DNA of 64,000 nt from Podarcis bocagei. Its lineage: Eukaryota. The translations under genes and the position numbers were made by a program. The notes beneath the pieces are model-generated. The model was not told where the DNA came from and ran no database searches. It was given only the letters and a program-made list of their open reading frames with translations. The stretch lies in assembly GCA_964188305.1 (NCBI GenBank), contig OZ076886.1; one strand, given 5' to 3'. This document shows, piece by piece, positions 50,824 through 64,000 of the stretch. How positions within the stretch are numbered: the first letter of the stretch is position 1; each line of letters opens with the position of its first letter.

Positions 50824-53816
50824 TCTTCACCTATACGCATGACCTTTTTGGTTTGCTTGCTCCCACAATCCCCACTCCAATTCATGAAGTTGTCAGCTGC
50901 ATGCACAAATATTCACATTACCACTTACTCCATGCCCAAATTTCTAGTCTGATAGATGCTGGTTGGAGGAAAAAATGCCTCAAACGAGAAACACGCCACT
51001 ATGAATTATGGCTAATGTGAACGTGGCCACTTGCACTGGATGTGGTGTAAGCGGCTATGTGAACACTTGCTAGGCAGCAAACTCCACAGAACACGGGATA
51101 ATTTTCTTCCAAGTAAATATGTATAGGATTCTGCTGTCAACCCTAAATCAGAGACGCAAATATATTATTTGATACGATTAACATTTGTTGTCTGTCATTA
51201 GGCCTGAATGTACATTTTCAAATGCTCACAAAATATTTTGTTCTACACAAAGGGACTAAATACTTCTCTCCAAATACTGCCATGTTCGCGTTCAACAGAG
51301 TCAAGCCTTATTTGATCTCACCTAATAATCCTCCTATGGGGCCAAGAGGAAGCACTTCCCCCAAACACTTTTGGACTGATTCTTTGCTGTCAGAAGCTGT
51401 TACTGGTGGAAAGAAAAAAAACCCCAAAACTATTAGCACAGACTAAATTCCCTACTGTAATTGGTTATGAAGGTGGCAAAGCCTGTCAAATCATGATGAT
51501 ATCTGGATTTCTCTCTCTCTCTCTCTCTCTCTGTCTCACTTGCATCAGATTACAGTTAAAAACTTTAATGATTTTGAAGTAACCATCTGTATTCAAAATG
51601 TGGATTGTCGTTCAGTTTCAAACAGGTCTAACTCCAGAGTCAAAGTTCTATCTACCTCTGTGATCTCTATGAAATTAACCTTTCAGTTAGATTTTTTGGC
51701 ATCTGTCTAACAGCATATCCATTGGCTGACATCCCAGATGTTAAGTTTCTCTAAGTGGATGTTAAAGAACATTTTACCTAGCTCAAATTTGGTAGAAGAG
51801 TGACAAGAGCAAGGAATAAATGTTTCATATAATCGCTGCAGAGTTCTTTCCAAGAAGTGGATTAGCAAATTTCAGTGTCATACAAGGATTTTTTTCCAGT
51901 GTTTCCCGGTATAGTCTACTTCAGATCTTTAAGATCTATGCTTAGGGCTCAGGCACATGTTTACAAATGTTCATGCTCAGAACAGATATTCCTTCCATCT
52001 TTGCAGTGATATAAGCCAGAGTTTTATATCAAGAAATGTTCAGCTTTCATGTCCCTTTCTAGCCTTAATATGGCCTTTCTTAGTAAGAATCAATGATTTT
52101 ATTTTACTGATCTTGTCTGTTTTGGTTAGGGCAGAATACAAAAACTGATGGTTTTTTGCATGTGTAGAAGCCTCTTGGAGATGTATTCTCAAGCAACTCA
52201 CCTTTTGCCCCAAATATAGACATATCGCTGAACATTTGTGTCTCCAGCATCCCTACAGTTGGTTTCTTAAGCTGATTTTGCACCCCTTGTTATCTAGCAT
52301 ACTGACTCTCAATTGTGTCCGTCCTATCTAGCTGCGACCCCTCCTCCCAGCTGAAGCAAATTGAAGGGTATAAAGGTCATGACCCCTGACCCCTATTTGT
52401 GACACCCTCTTTCGATATACCCTTCCAGACTGAGAACTCCAGAGTAACTCCATAGACTTTGCTTGTTTATCAATGAAGTTGCTTATGGTTTGATGCCAGG
52501 GAATGAATGAATGACTCTGTGTTCTGTGGCTCCTCAATTAATGGAGCTTTATTGTGTGTATGTGTGTGTTTGTATAGGAAGGAAGGTGGGAGAAAGAGGA
52601 GCAAATAGCTGTCTATTTCCATTTCACACACTAGCCAGTACTTTGGTCTGAGTTGAGATTGCCAACTTCCCCCTACCCTACAGGTTCTTGTGCCTTTAAC
52701 AGTTATACGTTAGGCAGGAAACAACACGTAAAATGTTTTCTTGGCATGGACATTCAGCAATAAGGGAAGTCTTTCCTGCCAATTTCGTCCTGTTATGCAG
52801 ATGTTAAAGGCTCAAGATATTTGCCAGAAAGCAAGTTGGCAACCTTATCCTGATCGAACTGGGATATATGGAATGGCAGAAAGAGGTATTTCCAGAGGTG
52901 CGTCTTTTGCAGCAGGAACAACAAAGAGTCTTGTGGCAACTTAAAAGCTAACACATTTATTATGGCCTAAGTTTTCAGTCCACTTCATCAAATGCATACC
53001 GTGTTATCCTGAGTCATAGATACATAGAGACATGATTGGAGGTTCAGAGGCAGGGATTATAAACAGTAAGGTCATAAGGAAGTATAATTAATGTACCTGA
53101 TATGGTCAGCATGCAATCTAATGGCTTGATCCAGTTCTAAAATGCTTTTAGTCACTGTCCCACCAAGATCTATGTGGCTAACTTCATCTTCACAGATGGA
53201 GAGCCATCACTCCACATGACCCATTCATAGAACTTCAAAGTGTCTGGGGCAAAGAGCAGTCTGATCAGGGTGGCAATGTGTGTCCGTTAGATTGTATGGT
53301 TTCTTGCTGTGAGTTGGTTTCTCACCAGGGGCCCTGCTTTCTGCAGTTTTCCAAGTTGTGTGGTCGCGTCTAGGCGTGTACAATCTGCACATCATCATCC
53401 TCATCATCATTATTTTATTTGTATGCCTTCTTTCCATGGTTAAAACTATGCTCAAGGCAGCTTACTGCATGGCAAGATTTATATAATTGCAAACATAACA
53501 AAAGTCACAAACAATAAATGAAGCACATCAAAAAGTACACAAACTAATTGGAACATAAATCATAAGCGTAAGCTCTGTAAACAGAATCTAGCTGAAAGTG
53601 CATATGTCAGAGCAGGACCTGCTGGTGTGTTCCTATTCTACACATATCTACTCTGCAGACTTTGACCCCCTAAAAAGATCTCATGAAATCATTCAGATGC
53701 AGGGCTCCTGAGAACAGCATTCTGCTCTTCCCAAAACATGTTCAGCTACTCACTGGGAAAACAGAAGCCTCAGACTTTCTTATCTACACTCAAAACCATG
53801 TCCTTATTCCTCAGCC

Positions 53817-53993
53817 TGGTGAACATATGAAGCTGCCTTATAGTGAGTGAGACCACTGGCTTATCTAACCGGCTGCCCTGGCCAGGAGTGGCTGTCCAGC
53901 TTTTCCCAGCTATGTTCCAGCTATGCCCAGGATTGAACCTGGGACCTTCTGCATGCAAAGTGGGTGCTCTGGCACTGAGCTATGGCCCTTCCC
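53817..53993 (-). mobile_element. tRNA-Ala-like SINE
   Basis: Reverse strand reads gggaagggccatagctcagtg...tgcatgcagaaggtcccaggttcaatcc, with a tail containing gctgccttatagtgagtgagacca. Confidence 0.7.
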
Positions 53994-56784
53994 TTGACTA
54001 TCAGAGCTTAATATTGAATGAGTATTCAGCCTTAAAATACCTGGGAGCTGCTAAATGCTTCTTCAGTAAGGTGCTTACTTGGTCAAGCAATGTCAGCTGC
54101 CTTCATCTATTTAGCACAGTCCCACTAAGGCAGGCCTCTGCTTCGCTGTGAATCTTAGGCTGCCCAGCTCCATGTTTCTGCTTTCTGCCCAGTTGGCTAC
54201 ACAGGGAAAGTCTGCCAAGGAGATTCAGTCTGCAAGCAGTCATGTAGCTAGCAACAGTTACCGGTATTTGAAATGTTCAGCTTTGAAATTAAGAAAATGA
54301 ACAATCCATGCTAAAGGGGGAAAAAACCTAGCCCCAAACATACAGTGCTAGATGAGACCTGCTTTACACTATTGGGGGGTGGTAGACGTGTCTGGTTTGA
54401 AAGTATTTCAATGCTGTGCTACTAATACACTTAGGATTATTTTGGTTCATATAATACCAGAGTATTATTGCTAATACTCATACGTTTAAGCTTCACGGTT
54501 CTGCAAAGATAAACACTCCTAAGTTAAGTTGCACTTGATCCAATTAGCCCTTAAATATTAAGCAGCCTGATCCTATGTATGTTTATGCAGAAAGGAACTG
54601 CTAGTTTCACTGAGACATACCATAATAAGGGGATCTAAGGTCACAGCCGTAGTCACTGGGATATTTTCTCCTTTCGTTATTGCTAAACCCATGCAGGCTA
54701 TATATAGCTCTTTTGTGTTATTTCCATTTTATAGTGAACACAATGTTTTACAGTGGCTATAACTTATCTTAGCAAGTGTCTCTCGGATATTGCTCTCGGA
54801 GAAATATGTGAGGGTGTCTTTCCCCAGTTTCCCGGTGGCAACACAGTTCCTTCCCATTAGTCTGTCAAGAGTGAGACAAGTTCCAAAGAGCCATGCCTCA
54901 GAAGAAGAAAAAAACAATTGTTTCCTGGGATGGGAAGCTTCCCCTCGTTCTGCCTCCCGTCCTTCCAGGCAGGTTTTGTTAGCTGCTGCTGCAGCCGCCT
55001 CCTCGGTTATTGAGGGGTTAATGAATTGGAGCCTGCTCCCGGCAATCCCATCATGTGCCTGGTTGACTCTGAAAGAAGGTCTTGCCGTAGCCTACAGGGC
55101 ATCCTTTCCCAGCTTTCTCTGAGGCCACCTGGGCAGATGAGATCCTGCACAATCTGTCCTTAGGACACAAAATCTAATCAGGCGCAGCCTTCTCTAGTCT
55201 CAGTGACCTGCCTGCTTAAGGAGGGAAGAAGAAACAGGGGCAGGGAGGGAGCTGATCACTGATAGGCTACATCGTTTCTGGCTTTAGGGAGCTCCTGTAT
55301 CTCCCACAAGGGAGGAAGTCTCCCCTCCCCCTCCCATTCATTTTCAAGATAAGGTGTCATTCATGGGAGCATTGTGCTGAACTAATCAGGTTAATTGAGG
55401 AGCCCTGAATAGTACTCATTTAGTTGATCTCTTTTTCCTGTTAGAGACAGATAGTGCCGTCAGAGATGGCACATGCTTTACATTTTCTTGCACTTCGCGT
55501 CCCTCCTGTGCCGACTCCAGAATGGCAAATATAAATGGGTTAATATGCAAACTTTGGTGACTGAATGAATAAGGTCTGCATGTATGTACTGTGCATGTTA
55601 GAGGGCTGGCATTATATGGGTCTGTAATGCACACTTGTGCATGCAAACCTGTACAGCATATTCCTTACAACAGAAATCCAGAACATATTCTTGCCAAGAT
55701 TACTGATTCTTGTATACATAATGCCATCTATTCCTTGGCTTCAAAACTGTTGTTTTACTTAAAAGTAAGAGCTGTTTTGACAGTGGAATAGACTCCCATG
55801 AGAGGTGGTGGAGATGGCCAACTGTCCTATATGCTCTAGCTGAGATACTTATAATTGGGGGTGGTGGGGGTGGACTAGATGACCCTGGCAATCCCCTCTA
55901 ACTGTACAGTTTTATGACTGTATGCTCAGCAAAGTTACACCAACAAGGTATTATCTGAAAACCCCAGGCACTGATAACTTGGCTTGTTTTATTTTTTAAA
56001 AATGTTGTACATGGTTCTGAAATTCAAATCTCTCGATTGTGCTGCCTGGTCATTTTTTATTTTCACAATAGGCTTTGATGTGATATAGCAGTTAATATAT
56101 GGCAAAGTTACTCACTTTGTAGACCCAGAGTGAAAGGCTGTTTATTGACTAGCAGGCTAAGACACTACACAGGAAAATGAAAGTAACAAGAACAAGCTAA
56201 GGGGGTGGAGTCATACCTCCAACCCATAATAACTGGAGACAACATTTAACTCCATGATTTCCGGTTGCTACAGTAGTTTCTTTTTCTCTCTTCCTTCCTG
56301 CCTTGCATTACTCAGCCTTCCATTGAAGATGCTCTTGTTTAGGCAGATCCGCTGTGATGGCTGGGGACAGGCCAAAGTCATCACGAAAACGTAGAAGGTC
56401 TAGGGGGAACATTTATGGGGAAATAAAAAAATACAACCCATTGTATCTGTAATAATTTCACAAGCATCCTGTAAAAAATGGAAAACTATTAGAACCAAGG
56501 TTCTTGCCTGGACATTAAAAAAACCCCATTGCTAAGTATTTACTTATATACAGTATTTATATATCGCTTTTTAGGTAGATTTCATAAAATGGTTTGCATA
56601 ATATAATTACAACAATAAACAATGGTGTGGGGGTTTTGTTAATTACAATAGACTGGAAAACACCACTTGTTTGTTAGAAAAAGCTTCTTCTCTCCCTCCC
56701 CCTTGGAGCAAGGTGGTCCTTCAAATGTCTCTTTGGTGGCAGTTGTGGGAGGGGGGGGAAGAGAGAGGCCACTAAAAACCCTGG

Positions 56785-56931
56785 CAGTCAGCTCAGTTGG
56801 TTAGAGCATGGTGCTGATAACGCCAAGATCACGAGTTTGATCCCCATATGGGCCACACCTGCATTGCAAGGCGTTGAACTAGATGACCTTCAGGGTGCTT
56901 TCCAACTCCAACATTATTTTCTATGATTCTA
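56785..56931 (+). mobile_element. SINE with tRNA-Ile-like head and CR1-like tail
   Basis: agctcagttggttagagcatggtgctgataacgccaag...tttgatcccc (A/B boxes), then actagatgacc..cagggt..ttccaact...ttctatgattct. Confidence 0.8.
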
Positions 56932-57348
56932 CGTACCAGAACAGAACATGAAAATGAACTGAAGCAACTTATTTGCCCCTAAAGGACCAGTCAAAATAAC
57001 TATACAGGTCTGCAAGGGAGAACTTCACATACTACGTGCCTGAATTCTGCCCTGAATTTTTTGCCCCTGTCCTTGCCGAGCTTTGAGAAGGAGATATATG
57101 GGCCCTGGCAGAGCCTAGCCCCTTCTGCCATTCATAGCGATATCTATCCCATGTGAGGCCTTGGCCCTCCCTCCCTTCCATACTCTAGATATCAGCTAAA
57201 TTGTATCCCTTTATCAATTTCTAACATTCATTAACTCTAGCAGTTATGGGGGCCCTTGCACCCCCAAACTCTGTTACCCCAGATGTGTAACAATACTCAC
57301 ATTTTCATCAGTTAGAGATGCAGTATAAAGACCCATTAATACTTTGCT

Positions 57349-57700
57349 GGAGGAGACTCTTGAGAGTCCCATGGACTGCAAGAAGATCAAACCTCTCCAT
57401 TCTGAAGGAAATCAGCCCTGAGCGCTCACTGGAAGGACAGATCGTGAAGCTGAGGCTCCAATACTTTGGCCACCTCATGAGAAGAGAAGACTCCCTGGAA
57501 AAGACCCTGATGTTGGGAAAGATGGAGGGCACAAGGAGAAGGGGACGACAGAGAATGAGATGGTTGGATGGTGTTCTTGAAGCTACCAGCATGAGTTTGA
57601 TCAAACTGCGGGAGGCAGTGGAGGACAGAAGTGCCTGGCGTGCACTGGTCCATGGGGTCACGAAGAGTTGGACACGACTAAACGACTAAACAACAACAAC
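57349..57700 (+). mobile_element. 5'-truncated RTE/Bov-B LINE 3' end
   Basis: Encodes WRRLLRVPWTARRSNLSILKEI...YFGHLMRREDSLEKTLMLGK.EG.RRRGRQRMRWLD, the RTE/Bov-B C-terminus. (CAA)n tail. 11-bp TSD AATACTTTGCT (57338-57348, 57701-57711). Confidence 0.93.
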
Positions 57701-59733
57701 AATACTTTGCTAGGCGAATGCATGGTTCTGAAGTGATCAGGAATAAGGAAATGATTTCAGCTCTCGCTTGTTGTCGTTCTCTATAGTCTTTGAAGTGCAG
57801 CTTAGAAAACATACACGCAGAGGCACACAGGCACTGACTTTACAGAGTTGCCTTCCTTCAAGTCCACCCGTTAGGGCTTCCCTGCTTAATCTATCAGAGT
57901 GCTATTTCCCTGAAGATTCTCTGCCCAATTTAGGTGCAGCCAGCCCATAGCCTTCACTATAATCTTCCTACTAGCTGCAATCCACAGTTTCTGCTTTGCA
58001 AATGTTATACCCATTAGAGTAAAGGTGAAAAGAGTTCAGGGAGAAATGAATGCTATATAGAACCAGCAGAGATTTGTGTGTGTGTTTCTCAAACATTTGA
58101 ATGTTTAATGCTTAAAGGGGGGAAAAAAGTTTCTCTGTCATCTTTCAACCTCTCATACCCTCATTCTTTGAAAGTTTCAGGAATGACTTCATTTATATCC
58201 ACAATCAAATTCCTGCCTCCGAAGGGCATGTAGTTGTGAATTGCCCAGCTTATTTTTCTTTTTAGCACTTGGCAATAGGGAAAACTGGTTGGTTCAAAAT
58301 GAGAACCAGCTGGGTTCTCATAGCTATCATTTAGGGCGTGGAAGGGGGGGGGGAGCCACTTTGCACACAAAAACCAAAGCTCAGGTTTGTCATTAACTAA
58401 AACCCTAAATAGGCAGTGTTTGGTTTACCGCACTTCAGAATACAATGCCAGGAACCATTCTGTCAATCTAATTAATGTGCATCGTTAATGTTGCTCCTGC
58501 CAGACTTTAATTCAAGACTAACCGCTATCTAGATTTCGTTGTTATAAAGAAGCTTTTCCACCAGGAGGTGTTTTCCTTCTCTTCCCCCTCCCTTCCCTCC
58601 CCGGCAATGTAGACATTAAAATGGAACATACAGAATGAATGCTGTACCTGTCATGCAACGTGCAGATAAAAGAAAAGCTGCTGAAACAGGTTAATACCAT
58701 GCATGGAAAGGTATCTCTCTGGTTTTCCCTTTTTTTAAAAAAAACAACAACAACAACCCATTTAGGCAAAATACATTGGGGACACAGTCTCCCAGTCTTT
58801 CTGGATTAGACAAACTAGGTGTTTGTCACATTTTATTAATCAATGCTGGTGCCAAATTTAATTTAAAATGAGGGTCATATCTTCAGTCAGAAGTTATGTA
58901 AAGCAGAAACCTTCATTGTTTTTTCTTTATTTAAATATAACAATGTAAGGTATGTTCATATTTAGGTTTAGGTATGAGGATTTAAATCTGTTTGTTTGGC
59001 CACTGAATGTATGTAAAATGTCCCCTTTAGGAAAAGAGAGGAATTTCCTATTTACATTTTAAATTTGATATGCAAGTCTAGCGTTGTGCTTAAAACAAAA
59101 AAGGATGGGTTCTTGAATTCGCGTGTGAGAAAGTGTTTAAAGCTAAATTAATTATTGTTTTTTAAAGTGAAGATTTATAGGAGAAAGGATATTTTAAAAA
59201 GAGACCTTCTGTGTGTCTTTCGCAAGAAAACTTGTAGCAGCAAAATGATGGATTGCTCAGCTTTGCACAACTAATTTGAAAAGCCTTAATGTATTTTTTA
59301 AAAAAACCCTCCCCCTGATGCCTGGAATATAACATGTTTCTGACACTATTAATAACCTGCTCAAGCACAACTGAAGTATTTTTAAACAAGGTTGAAACCA
59401 TTTAGCACTGTACATATTCAGATCATTATTTGACCTGAATATTCTGACATATAAACCTTTCTGAGAATTACATGTTGAAACAAATATTTTTTTAAAAAAA
59501 CCCCTAATGACTAAGATTTTTAGGGTTCTTTTCTCTCTATCTCTTTCTCTGGGTGATGCATTTATTTAATGTTTCAATTTGTTACCATACTATATTAGCT
59601 GTCTGTACATTTTAAAAAAAGCTTTTTCCCCCCTCCCATTTTTTTTTTAAGCTGCTATATTTCTAGTCATTCAAATTTGGACAGAATTTTACTTCCTGTT
59701 TCAAAGGTCAAGGAAAGCTGACCTCAACAGCAG

Positions 59734-60113
59734 NNNNNNNNNNNNNNNNNNNNNNNNNNNNNNNNNNNNNNNNNNNNNNNNNNNNNNNNNNNNNNNNNNN
59801 NNNNNNNNNNNNNNNNNNNNNNNNNNNNNNNNNNNNNNNNNNNNNNNNNNNNNNNNNNNNNNNNNNNNNNNNNNNNNNNNNNNNNNNNNNNNNNNNNNNN
59901 NNNNNNNNNNNNNNNNNNNNNNNNNNNNNNNNNNNNNNNNNNNNNNNNNNNNNNNNNNNNNNNNNNNNNNNNNNNNNNNNNNNNNNNNNNNNNNNNNNNN
60001 NNNNNNNNNNNNNNNNNNNNNNNNNNNNNNNNNNNNNNNNNNNNNNNNNNNNNNNNNNNNNNNNNNNNNNNNNNNNNNNNNNNNNNNNNNNNNNNNNNNN
60101 NNNNNNNNNNNNN
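59734..60113. other. Assembly gap (380 N)
   Basis: N run. Confidence 1.
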
Positions 60114-60533
60114 AATGCACACTTGAATAATTTTATCTGCAGTCTGTAACAGTTTCTGCATTGCTGCCTTTTATTCCACTTGTGGTTTTGAAAATTATAT
60201 GTGTTAACAAGTCTTGATTCCTTATTTGGTGACTTTATTTTTTTTGTCAACTGTTTATAAAAAGTATAAGCACTGGGAAAGAAGCACTGATAATCTAACA
60301 CTTGGGTTTGTTTGTTTTTATTCTAGTAGGTTGGAAATGGTGTGAAGGAGAGTTGGTATGAGGGGAATCCTAACCTAGAAAAGCGATGATACCCATTCTG
60401 TCTTTCTCCTACATCCATTTAAAAAAACCATAGTGATTTTATTTCTTACAGAAGAAGTAAATATCATTACTGTGCTCTGTCAAACAATCTGATCTTGCAT
60501 AGTTACTTCAAAGTTATCACTTCACTATGCAAG

Positions 60534-60534
<1 letters not shown>

Positions 60535-60567
<33 letters not shown>
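60535..60567. repeat. (TG)n microsatellite
   Basis: Direct reading. Confidence 0.95.
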
Positions 60568-60568
<1 letters not shown>

Positions 60569-63500
60569 GTCTCTTTCATTTCTATATGTTGATGACAATT
60601 AGTGTTATATACATACTTTATACATACATACTAAATAAAAATAACAATTTTTTTTGCTTCTTAAGTAGCTAATAGGATTTAATTCATTAACAGCATTTTT
60701 GAACAAATTTAGGAAAGTTGAGTAATTTTGCTCCTTCTCTGAGTTTTTATTTATTTACTTTCAAACGGTGCTATTGTTGCAACAGTGGGATAGGCTGCAT
60801 GTTATGTTAATCTCACTGTAATTTAATTATTCAGTGCTGGAGTTTTGAGCCACCGCTTCTACTTTTATTAATGTATGATTAAATGTAGCAGAGAGTTTCG
60901 TTTTGTATACATGTAAGTTTCAGCCCCCCTCCCATTAGCAGAATAGCCCTGAAGACACTGCAAAAGGAGCAGCGCAAGAAAGAGAGGAAAAGGACGGAGG
61001 GGGGTGGCCTGTTAGCAGCTGGACTTCACTTCACCAGTGAAACCTGGATCTGCATTTAGAAATAAAAACAACAATTTTGCAGTCCTTTGCTTTCCCCCCT
61101 TCAAATAACAAATCGGTTCAGTTTGGCTTTCTTTTCCCAGCCCCAAACTTCACAGGGTTGTAGCCAACAAAGTCCTACTCAGAGTAGACCCATTGAAATT
61201 AATGGACCTAAGTTAGGCATGCCCATTAATCTAAATGCATCTCCTCTGAGCAGAACTAATATTGGATCCAACCCTTCGTAAACCCTTTTGCAGCTGTACA
61301 CAAAGTGCTTCCATATCTCAGGAATTAAGCAGCCATTTCTGCCTGTGTGCCCACAGATTCAAGGCTTAGCAGAGAGAACAATGGTTTGCCCATGAAGTTC
61401 CTTTGCTATGTTCAATCCTTAGGGCATCATGCATGTACAAAGAGAGGGACTTCTCTGTGTTGGCACCCAGACTGTGAAAATTCCCTCCCGAGGGAGATAT
61501 TGGCAGTCACGAACACTTTATTAGTTTCGACACCAGCTTAAACCCATTTTTTTCCCCCAGTCATTTTATATTATGACATTTTGCAGCTGGTGGAATGGTT
61601 TTATTCCTCTTAATTTGATGGTATTCTTGGTGATGTTTCATATGTAATTTTAAACTTTGTATACCACCCAGGACCCGTTTTTGGTTATAGGTGGTTTATT
61701 TTATACATGAAATGAGTACATGAATAAATAAATTGAGATGTGGAGATGTTGGATTACAACTCTCATTAATCCTTACCATTGGTCAAGGTGGTTGGGACTG
61801 ATGGGAGCTCAGGTTGTGATATCACCACACTGCAGGATCCCTGTGCTTTCCCTACTGTGGATGCCAAGTAGGTTTCTTGCTTTTAAAAAAAAGCAGAGAA
61901 AATTTCAAGAAAGCTTCTACCCTCATCTCCAGCTGTAGTGCAGTTCTTACTGTTTTTACTATAATGCTGTGGAAGAAAATTTGTTTTGATTTACGGAAAA
62001 AATATCCATGCTAATATGTTTCTTTAGCTAAAACAGGTTGTTTCATTGCGGGAGAAATGAATCAACTCTAGATATGCATTAGTAAAACCCAATCCTACAA
62101 TCGGTCTACTTGGAAGTCAATCTCACTGATTTCAGTGGGACTTACTCCCTTGTAAGCGTACTCCAGGATTTTTGCCTTGGGGGGGGGGGTATAAACAGTT
62201 TGTGCTTTTAAGGATTTCTGGTTATCACCAGTCTTGTGATATAGGAGGATATAGTCAAGAATTTCCTTTTCAGATCAGGGGCTGAGTCAAGGCTCTGCTT
62301 TGGACTGCACAACTTGCAAATGTTATAGAAAGTGATGGAAAGTCATATCGGAATCAATTGTGTAATCTAGTGAGGAATACCAGAAAATACATTGATTGGA
62401 ATATCATAATTTCTGGCGATAGTGATGTGCTTGCCAGCACAGGATTGGGCTGAGGCAGTGAGGTTGGACGAGTTCTGGGTTGATGGCAGGGGTGATGCTG
62501 CATGTGTGTAAACCTGTGGGGTGCCACTGCCACCAAGCCAGCAGTCCCCCAGGCTTGCCACCACACCATCCTGTCCTGGTAAGTGCAGCACCACTGGGAA
62601 GACGCTGCTCTGCCTGACCTCATTCACCACTGCTAGTAGAGATGGATCTCATTTGGAGCTGATAGATACAAATTATAATTTGTTTTCATCCAATTAAGTC
62701 AGACTCTCATAAGTTTATTTTTCTTTTAGCATTATAATTCGATGTTTCTCAAAATGGTACAATTGATTCCAGAGCAGGGAGGGACCTCGGAAGTTGGGAA
62801 GAAGGCACAGGGATAGGACTTGATTGGCCTTCCCCCTCCCTTTTTGGAAATAGATGTCTTTATTACAGTACAACGCAATGATGGAGAAAATAAAGGTGAT
62901 TGAGGAGAACTCCTTGAAGGTGTTAATGGATGTAAAAGTACACAGGAACCAACCTGTGCAGCCTTTTTGTGGTGCTACTATTATTATAATTTTTTATTAT
63001 TTATTTATTTGGCAGAGAGTATGTTGTATGAGCAAGGACAAAACAGACATAAGAATTAGATATTTTAGTTTCTGGCTAGATGAGTAGAATAGTGGTGAGG
63101 CTCCCTATCTGGTTGAATGGGTTGGTCAGGTTTTCATCAACTGCATAGAAGGATGGCAAGTTCATTGTGGTCTGAAGTGTGTCCTGATCAACATTTCAGC
63201 TGTGAGCATCCAAGAGCAGGATTTTGGTTTGTTTTATAATGAACTCTCATCCCACTTATGAGTCAAGGCCTCAATCCAAATAAAGTTGCTCATGATGAGT
63301 CTCATGAAAATCAGTGGAACAAAGTATTCACAACTAAAGTTGTGCTTTTTAAAAACTAAGTTAAGAAATTATTAAGCTTACCTGGATCTTGACTCAAGTG
63401 CTTATTTGTTTCACCAACCGAATTTGGCATTCCTGTCCTTTCCATTGTAATTTTATTGTTCTTTATCATATTTATTAGACAGTTCTCTATTGAAAAACGC

Positions 63501-64000
63501 TCAAAAGGGCAAAAGTAAAATGGCTTTAATACAAAATCATTTCAGCTTCAGAATATGGATTAAAAAGTATTTAGTTATGTATAATGTACAAATAGACTGT
63601 AGTTCATACTGATATCTGTATCATTTTGGCAATATAGGTGATCTTGGCATCTCTGATTTTCTCCTTTCCATATATGGAGCTTTAATGGGAATGACTGCAG
63701 AGTTGGGCTCTGCATTAGGAAATATCCTGAAAAATGAACTCGTTGTTGAGAGATGGTTCAAGCAGTTGATTGGACTAATGTAGAGAGAACTAAGTGCCAA
63801 GTGCATTAAACATGAAACCCTATCAGCCTTAAACATTGTCAACAAAAATCCATACACATATTACTTTTCTCTCATTTTTGTCTTACATTCACAATGATGA
63901 CCTCAGCACAGGGCATTTCCTGAGTATTAATGACCATTCAGAGTTAATGGCCCTCGGTTTTGCCTCGAGACATCAGCTCCTCCTAACTGGTCATTAATTC

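Noticed and set aside
56785-56860. Functional tRNA-Ile(GAT) or tRNA-Lys gene (also 24321-24390)
   Set aside because: Stems and B box are degraded. The 56785 copy is fused to a CR1-like tail and recurs in the window, so these are SINE or pseudogene copies.
59701-60301. ORFs spanning N runs (also 49276-49668); exon 7 hidden in a gap
   Set aside because: The ORFs are artefacts of Ns. Exon 7 could fit in a gap, but the orthologous intron is much longer than the 25 kb seen, so this is unlikely.

Overview
Vertebrate genomic DNA; the repeat set (Bov-B/RTE, tRNA-SINEs with CR1-like tails, hAT, mariner and Harbinger-like MITEs) suggests a squamate, probably a lacertid lizard. The window holds the 5' part of EBF1 (early B-cell factor 1, COE family) on the + strand. 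It contains a CpG-island promoter (~6.7-8.9 kb), a probable long 5' leader and coding exons 1-6 (134, 157, 64, 56, 74 and 69 nt; all GT-AG, phases consistent). These exons encode about 185 aa of the COE DNA-binding domain, including the zinc knuckle [14 protein letters not shown]. Everything after 38481 is the start of a very long intron 6; exon 7 is not seen. Almost all ORF-track entries are spurious. I did not find a clearly new biological system. The best leads are regulatory: an ATG-depleted leader with a poly-Ala uORF, a weak first ATG with in-frame alternatives, a candidate distal promoter, a candidate poison exon and enhancer-like intronic blocks. Several small transposon families with exact TSDs are also notable, one carrying telomere-like CCCTAA units.
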